DNA of 64,000 bases, taken from the NCBI GenBank assembly GCA_963850305.1, contig CAWKKR010000001.1, forward strand, positions 96,001 to 160,000, in the 5' to 3' direction. The notes below the pieces were generated by a model. It was not told the origin of the DNA. It saw only the letters and a list, made by a program, of their open reading frames with translations, and searched no databases. A program made the translations under genes and the position numbers. Origin of the DNA: an uncultured delta proteobacterium (lineage in GTDB: Bacteria > Myxococcota_A > Polyangia > Polyangiales > Polyangiaceae). Positions within the stretch are counted from its first letter, which is position 1. Every line of letters starts with the position of its first letter. Below are positions 59,859-64,000 of the stretch, piece after piece.

Positions 59859-61167
59859 TCAACCCACGTCGCGTTCCGCAAGCAAGGTGTGGAAGAATAG
59901 GCCGCTCGGCACCTTCGGGTAGAAGAAGGTGGACTTCTGGGGCATCACCTCGCCCGCCTCGGCGACTCGACGGACCGTCGCGACCCCTGTCGGGTTCATC
60001 AGGAACAGCGCCTGTGAGTCACCGCTGTCGAGTTCGGCGACGCCGCGCCTTGGATCCTGGAGGTAGCGAATGTTGGTCTTGGCGGCCTGAGCCTCCTTCG
60101 TGATGCCGAGGAGGTGCTCGAGGATGCCGTCGTGGAGGATCGCGATGGCCGTGCCGCGCACGACTTCCGGTCGCTTGCCGAGGACGGGGTGACGACTCAG
60201 ATCGGCGCCCGCTCGCACGGTCAGCAATACCGCCTTGCCGCCCCTGGCCATCGCACAGATGGCGGGACCGGTCGTCGCGGCGAGTGCGCGACGCGCCGGC
60301 TCGAGTCCGCCCGTGATCGGCGCAACGTCGAAGAGCTCGCGAGAGCGGCCCACGAGGACATCGAAGTCGAAACGTGGGAGCGAATGAATCGCTCGGTGGG
60401 TCGCGAACACGACCAGACTCGGGTCGTCGCCGTTCGCAAGGAGGGCAAAGGTGAAGAGATGTTCTGCTCGCGGCGAATAAGGGACACCCGAAGCCCGCGC
60501 TTCTTCCTCGAACTCGCGCGAGAGCGACACTGCGGTTTCGTACCGATGGTGGCCGTCCGCAATCAGCAACTGGCCCGGCTTCAGCGCCGCCGTGACGCGC
60601 TCGATGGCCCCCGGATCCGCGACGCGCGACAGCCGATGTTCTATTGCGTCGTCCGTTCGAAACTCGGCGACGACGGTGCCCGCATCGAGGTCTCCGTCGA
60701 GCTTGCGACCTGGATCCGAATACAGCATGAACTGGGGCGACAGCGTGGCGCGGGTCGCGCGGGAAAGGGCGATCCGATCCTGCTTCGGGCCCGTGTGCGT
60801 ACGTTCGTGAGGAAGTACCTCCTGCGCCTCGTATGGCACGGCCCGGACGAGCGCGAAGAAGCCCTTGCGAGTGATGCGCGCGCCGCCGCCAGGAGGATCG
60901 AACGTCTGGGCGTACCCGTAATACGCGGGCGCTTCCTCGCGAACGAGCACTCCTTGGCGCTGCCAGCCCTGGAAGAGATCGCGCGCGCGCCGATAGCGCT
61001 CGTCACCAATCCCCTCCGGGAGATCGACGTGCACGACGTTGTTCGGGTGACGATCTCCCAGGCGAATGCGAAGCTCTGCGATCGATCACATCGTAGGGCG
61101 GCGCGATGACCTTTTCCAGGAGCTCGGGGGCGTAATGCAGAGGCTTCAGGGGCGCGATATCGGCCAT
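59859..61167 (-). CDS. DUF1015-family protein, apparent frameshift at ~61081
   Basis: IAPPYDVI, PHERT..PK.DR, IADGHHRYET, THR, MPQKSTFFYPK. Confidence 0.88.
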
Positions 61168-61229
61168 TCGGGGGCGTTGGGTATCACAATCCCGGTCGAC
61201 CCGCTCGTACCCTGCCGAGATCCGACGCA

Positions 61230-62550
61230 CTAGCCCGAAGACGTCGATCCCGGGCTCAGCACCGACGCGCCAATATCGTGCCGATACTGCATTCCGTCGA
61301 AGTGGATTCGCGCCACGGCGCGATACGCCCGGTCGGCTGCTTCGCGAAGCGAGGCGCCGTTGCCTGTCACCCCTAGAACGCGGCCACCGGCCGCGATCGT
61401 GCGGCCATCGGCGTCCAGCCGGGTTCCGGCATGGTATGCACTCACGCCCTCGAGCGTCGATACCTCGTCGAGCCCGGGAAATCGCCGCGCCGAGCTGCGG
61501 TTTCCCTGGATATCCTGGCGCAGCCAGGACCACGCAGAGCGAGTGGCGTGGGGACACGGTCAGCGCCCCGACGTCGAGAGCGCCGCGAGCCGCGCCGTCG
61601 AGCGCGTCGGCGAGATCCCCGTCCAAGACCTCCATCAGGACTTGCGTTTCCGGGTCGCCGAAGCGCACGTTGAACTCGAGGAGATACGGCTCGTTCGCGT
61701 TCGTGATCATCAGACCGGCGAAGAGGACCCCACGATACGGGTTCCCTTCGCTGGCCATTCCCGAGATGGCACGTTCGAAGATCTCGCGGCGGATCTTCTC
61801 TCCTAGCTCCGGCGTGACCAGCGGCGCCGGGGCGTACGTTCCCATCCCGCCGGTGTTCGGTCCGCGATCGCCGTCGCCGATTCTCTTGTGATCCTGAGCG
61901 CTCGGAAGCATCGACACCCGCTCTCCGTCGGTGATCGCATGCACGCTCGCTTCGCGACCGAAAATACGCTCCTCGACGACGACAGTCCGACCCGCGTCGC
62001 CGAAGGCCTCTCCGCGAAGCATGGCCACCGCTGCGCGAACGGCTTCGTCGTGCGTCTCAGCAACGACCACCCCTTTGCCGGCGCAGAGGCCATCCGCCTT
62101 GACCACCGGGGGTGTCGAAAAACTCCGGATCACGGCATCGGCCGATGTCTCATTTCGGAGCACCTCGTGACGCGCAGTGAGAATGCCGTGGCGTCGTACG
62201 AAGTCCTTCATGAACGCCTTGGAGCCCTCGAGACGCGCGGCCGAGCGACTGGGACCGAACGCGACGACGCCCGCCCGCGAGAGACAATCGATCAGCCCGT
62301 CGCATAGCGGCACCTCGGGCCCCACGACGACGAGATCGACGTGCTCCGTCCGCGCCAGCTCCACGATGTCGCCCGAGCCCGAGAGCGAGCGGAGTGATTT
62401 GCCTGCGACGGTTCCGCGCGTCCCGGCGTTGCCGGGCGCGACGAGGACCTCCGCTACCGATGCGGACCGGGCAAGTCTCACAGCGAGGGCGTGCTCGCGG
62501 CCCCCCGAGCCCACCACGAGGACCTTTCGCCGCGACGGGTCGACGTTCAC
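61230..62550 (-). CDS. purD: Phosphoribosylamine-glycine ligase, apparent frameshift at ~61475-61481
   Basis: GSGGREHA, LEGSKAF, KADGLCAGKGV, QDHKR, NTGGMG, RFGDPE; C-terminus HAGT..GGRVL..YRHDIG lies in ORF 61230..61445. Confidence 0.95.
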
Positions 62551-62942
62551 ACGTTCCGGCTACCACGACCCGTCCGGCGAATGAACGGAGGCAATGTCGA
62601 AACACGCACGGTGAGCCGAGATTCCGCGGAAAAGCGCCGCCTTGATTGGAAGTCGGGCCGGGTCAGCTAGCGGGCATGGGAGAGGCGCCGGCGGAAGCCG
62701 GCAGATTCGGGAGCCCCATACCCGCGAACCACGCCCCGCTCGAGCGAAACCGCCCCGGCGGTCCCGCTCCCGCTCGCCCGGATCCCGCCCCGGAACCAAT
62801 CCCGCGCCCCAAACCGACCCCGGCATCGCCCGGCGGAGGCGCGCTCGACCGGTCACCCATCGAGAGTGGGGAAAAGTGCTCCGGGGCTTCCAAACTGGAC
62901 GAGGGAGCCGGTATAGTTGGAGGTCCGTTCAGAGGAGTCGCC

Positions 62943-63530
62943 ATGCGAGAGCCGTCGACGCTGCGTATCGAGAGACCGTACTCCTCGGTGAGCGCCTATC
63001 TCGAGGGAGATGCGTGGACGGTCGACCGCTCGGACATGCTGCTCGTCGGCGTGAGCGGCGTCGCGGCGGGCACCCCCCTGAAGTTCGAGATCGTTCTCTC
63101 CGATGGCACTTCCGTGGTGTCCGGAGAAGGTCGGATGGGTGACCCCGTCGCTGCCGTCGGCGATCGGCCGGGGGGCACACGCATCCGATTTCGACAACTC
63201 GACGCGGCTTCGAAGGGACTCCTCCGGCGCGCGCTCAATCAGCGGAAGCGCGGCGCGGCGACGCCTGCGAACGGCGTGCCCGACGAACCGCAGCGGGCGG
63301 AGGCAGCTTCCGCGGAGAACGCCGGACGCCCGGAAGAGTCGGCTCCCCTCCCGAAAGCGCCCGGAGTGACGTCCGTTGCGCGCTCCAGAGCCGAGCCACC
63401 CCAGGATGATCTCACGAGCGGCGTACGACACCGCATCACCGCGACGATCACGGCGCCCGGGAACCGGGAAGCGTTGCTCGACCGCCTCCGTGAGCGACGC
63501 GCGGCGGGCGCGCGAGGCGGCAAGAAGTAG
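62943..63530 (+). CDS. Myxobacterial PilZ-like domain protein
   Basis: GTPLKFEIVL.DG..V.GEG....G.RIRF..LD beta-barrel pattern followed by a Pro-rich tail. Confidence 0.6.
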   Translation: MREPSTLRIERPYSSVSAYLEGDAWTVDRSDMLLVGVSGVAAGTPLKFEIVLSDGTSVVSGEGRMGDPVAAVGDRPGGTRIRFRQLDAASKGLLRRALNQRKRGAATPANGVPDEPQRAEAASAENAGRPEESAPLPKAPGVTSVARSRAEPPQDDLTSGVRHRITATITAPGNREALLDRLRERRAAGARGGKK

Positions 63531-63548
63531 TCGACCTCCGCGCGAGCA

Positions 63549-64000
63549 TCACACAGGCATCGGGGGCGCCGCGGGAGCAAGCGAACGCGGGCGCGCGTGG
63601 GCGCGTCGAACCAATCGATCGCAGAGCGACGGGAACGAGATCCCGGCCGCCGCAGCCGCCTCGGGGAACAGGCTCGTCGCCGTCATGCCGGGCAGCGTGT
63701 TGACCTCGAGCAGGGTGAGCTGGGCGGTGACGTCGTCGACGACGAAGTCGACCCGCGACAGGTCGCGGCAACCAAGGACGCCGTGGGCGCGCACGGCCAT
63801 TTCCTGGATACTGCCGAGAAGGGCCGGCGTGAAGGGTGCCGGACACTGGTGTACGCTCCCCGACGGTGCGTACTTGGAGCTGAAGTCGTACCAACCTGCG
63901 CGCTGCGGGGTGATCAACGTCGGCGGCAATGCGTCCGCGCTGCCGCCCTCGGTCTCGAGCACCGCACAGGTGACCTCCTTGCCGGTGACCATCCGTTCGA
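63549..64000 (-). CDS. ddl: D-alanine-D-alanine ligase, 5' part outside the window
   Basis: YDFSSKY, CPAP, SRVDF, LEVNTLPGMT.TSLFP. Confidence 0.95.
   Translation of the reverse strand, partial: ERMVTGKEVTCAVLETEGGSADALPPTLITPQRAGWYDFSSKYAPSGSVHQCPAPFTPALLGSIQEMAVRAHGVLGCRDLSRVDFVVDDVTAQLTLLEVNTLPGMTATSLFPEAAAAAGISFPSLCDRLVRRAHARPRSLAPAAPPMPV

Noticed and set aside
61003..62550. PurD-DUF1015 fusion suggested by the ORF track
   Set aside because: Produced by two separate single-base frameshifts; each gene has its own stop or start (61230, 61167).
22569..62550. Genuine pseudogenisation or programmed frameshifting of the broken genes
   Set aside because: Core genes (purD, serA, sod) are otherwise intact, there are no slippery heptamers, and the lesions share sequence contexts, so errors are more likely.

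Overview
GC-rich bacterial chromosomal segment. The gene content (Cys-rich lipoproteins, zinc-ribbon/GYF protein, FHA proteins, Ser/Thr kinase, atypical Hsp70, PilZ-like protein) points to Myxococcota, probably Polyangiales (inference). It holds about 60 CDS, mostly housekeeping (pabB-like, pyrR-pyrB, murI, hom, lon, fmt, ino1, sdhABC, ctaA, sod, serC-serA, purD, ddl), plus tRNA-Leu(CAA) and a 42-bp palindrome-containing tandem array. No integrase, transposase, cas gene or CRISPR array was recognised. The most interesting items are: (1) an inositol locus in which an IPCT-type cytidylyltransferase is fused to a HisC/CobD-type PLP enzyme, next to a second cytidylyltransferase and ino1, behind a near-consensus sigma54 promoter; (2) a bacterial homolog of the eukaryotic protein-histidine methyltransferase METTL9; (3) a 9.5 x 42 bp array with possible coding signal; (4) an Hsp70 with a ~385-aa Pro-rich insertion and its own J-protein; (5) a peroxiredoxin with a histone-H1-like tail overlapping a Ser/Thr kinase gene. 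Eight genes carry nine frameshift or stop lesions, eight of them at GATC or GAAT contexts. These are probably systematic long-read errors, possibly caused by DNA modification. All family calls come from motif recognition by eye; no database searches were run.
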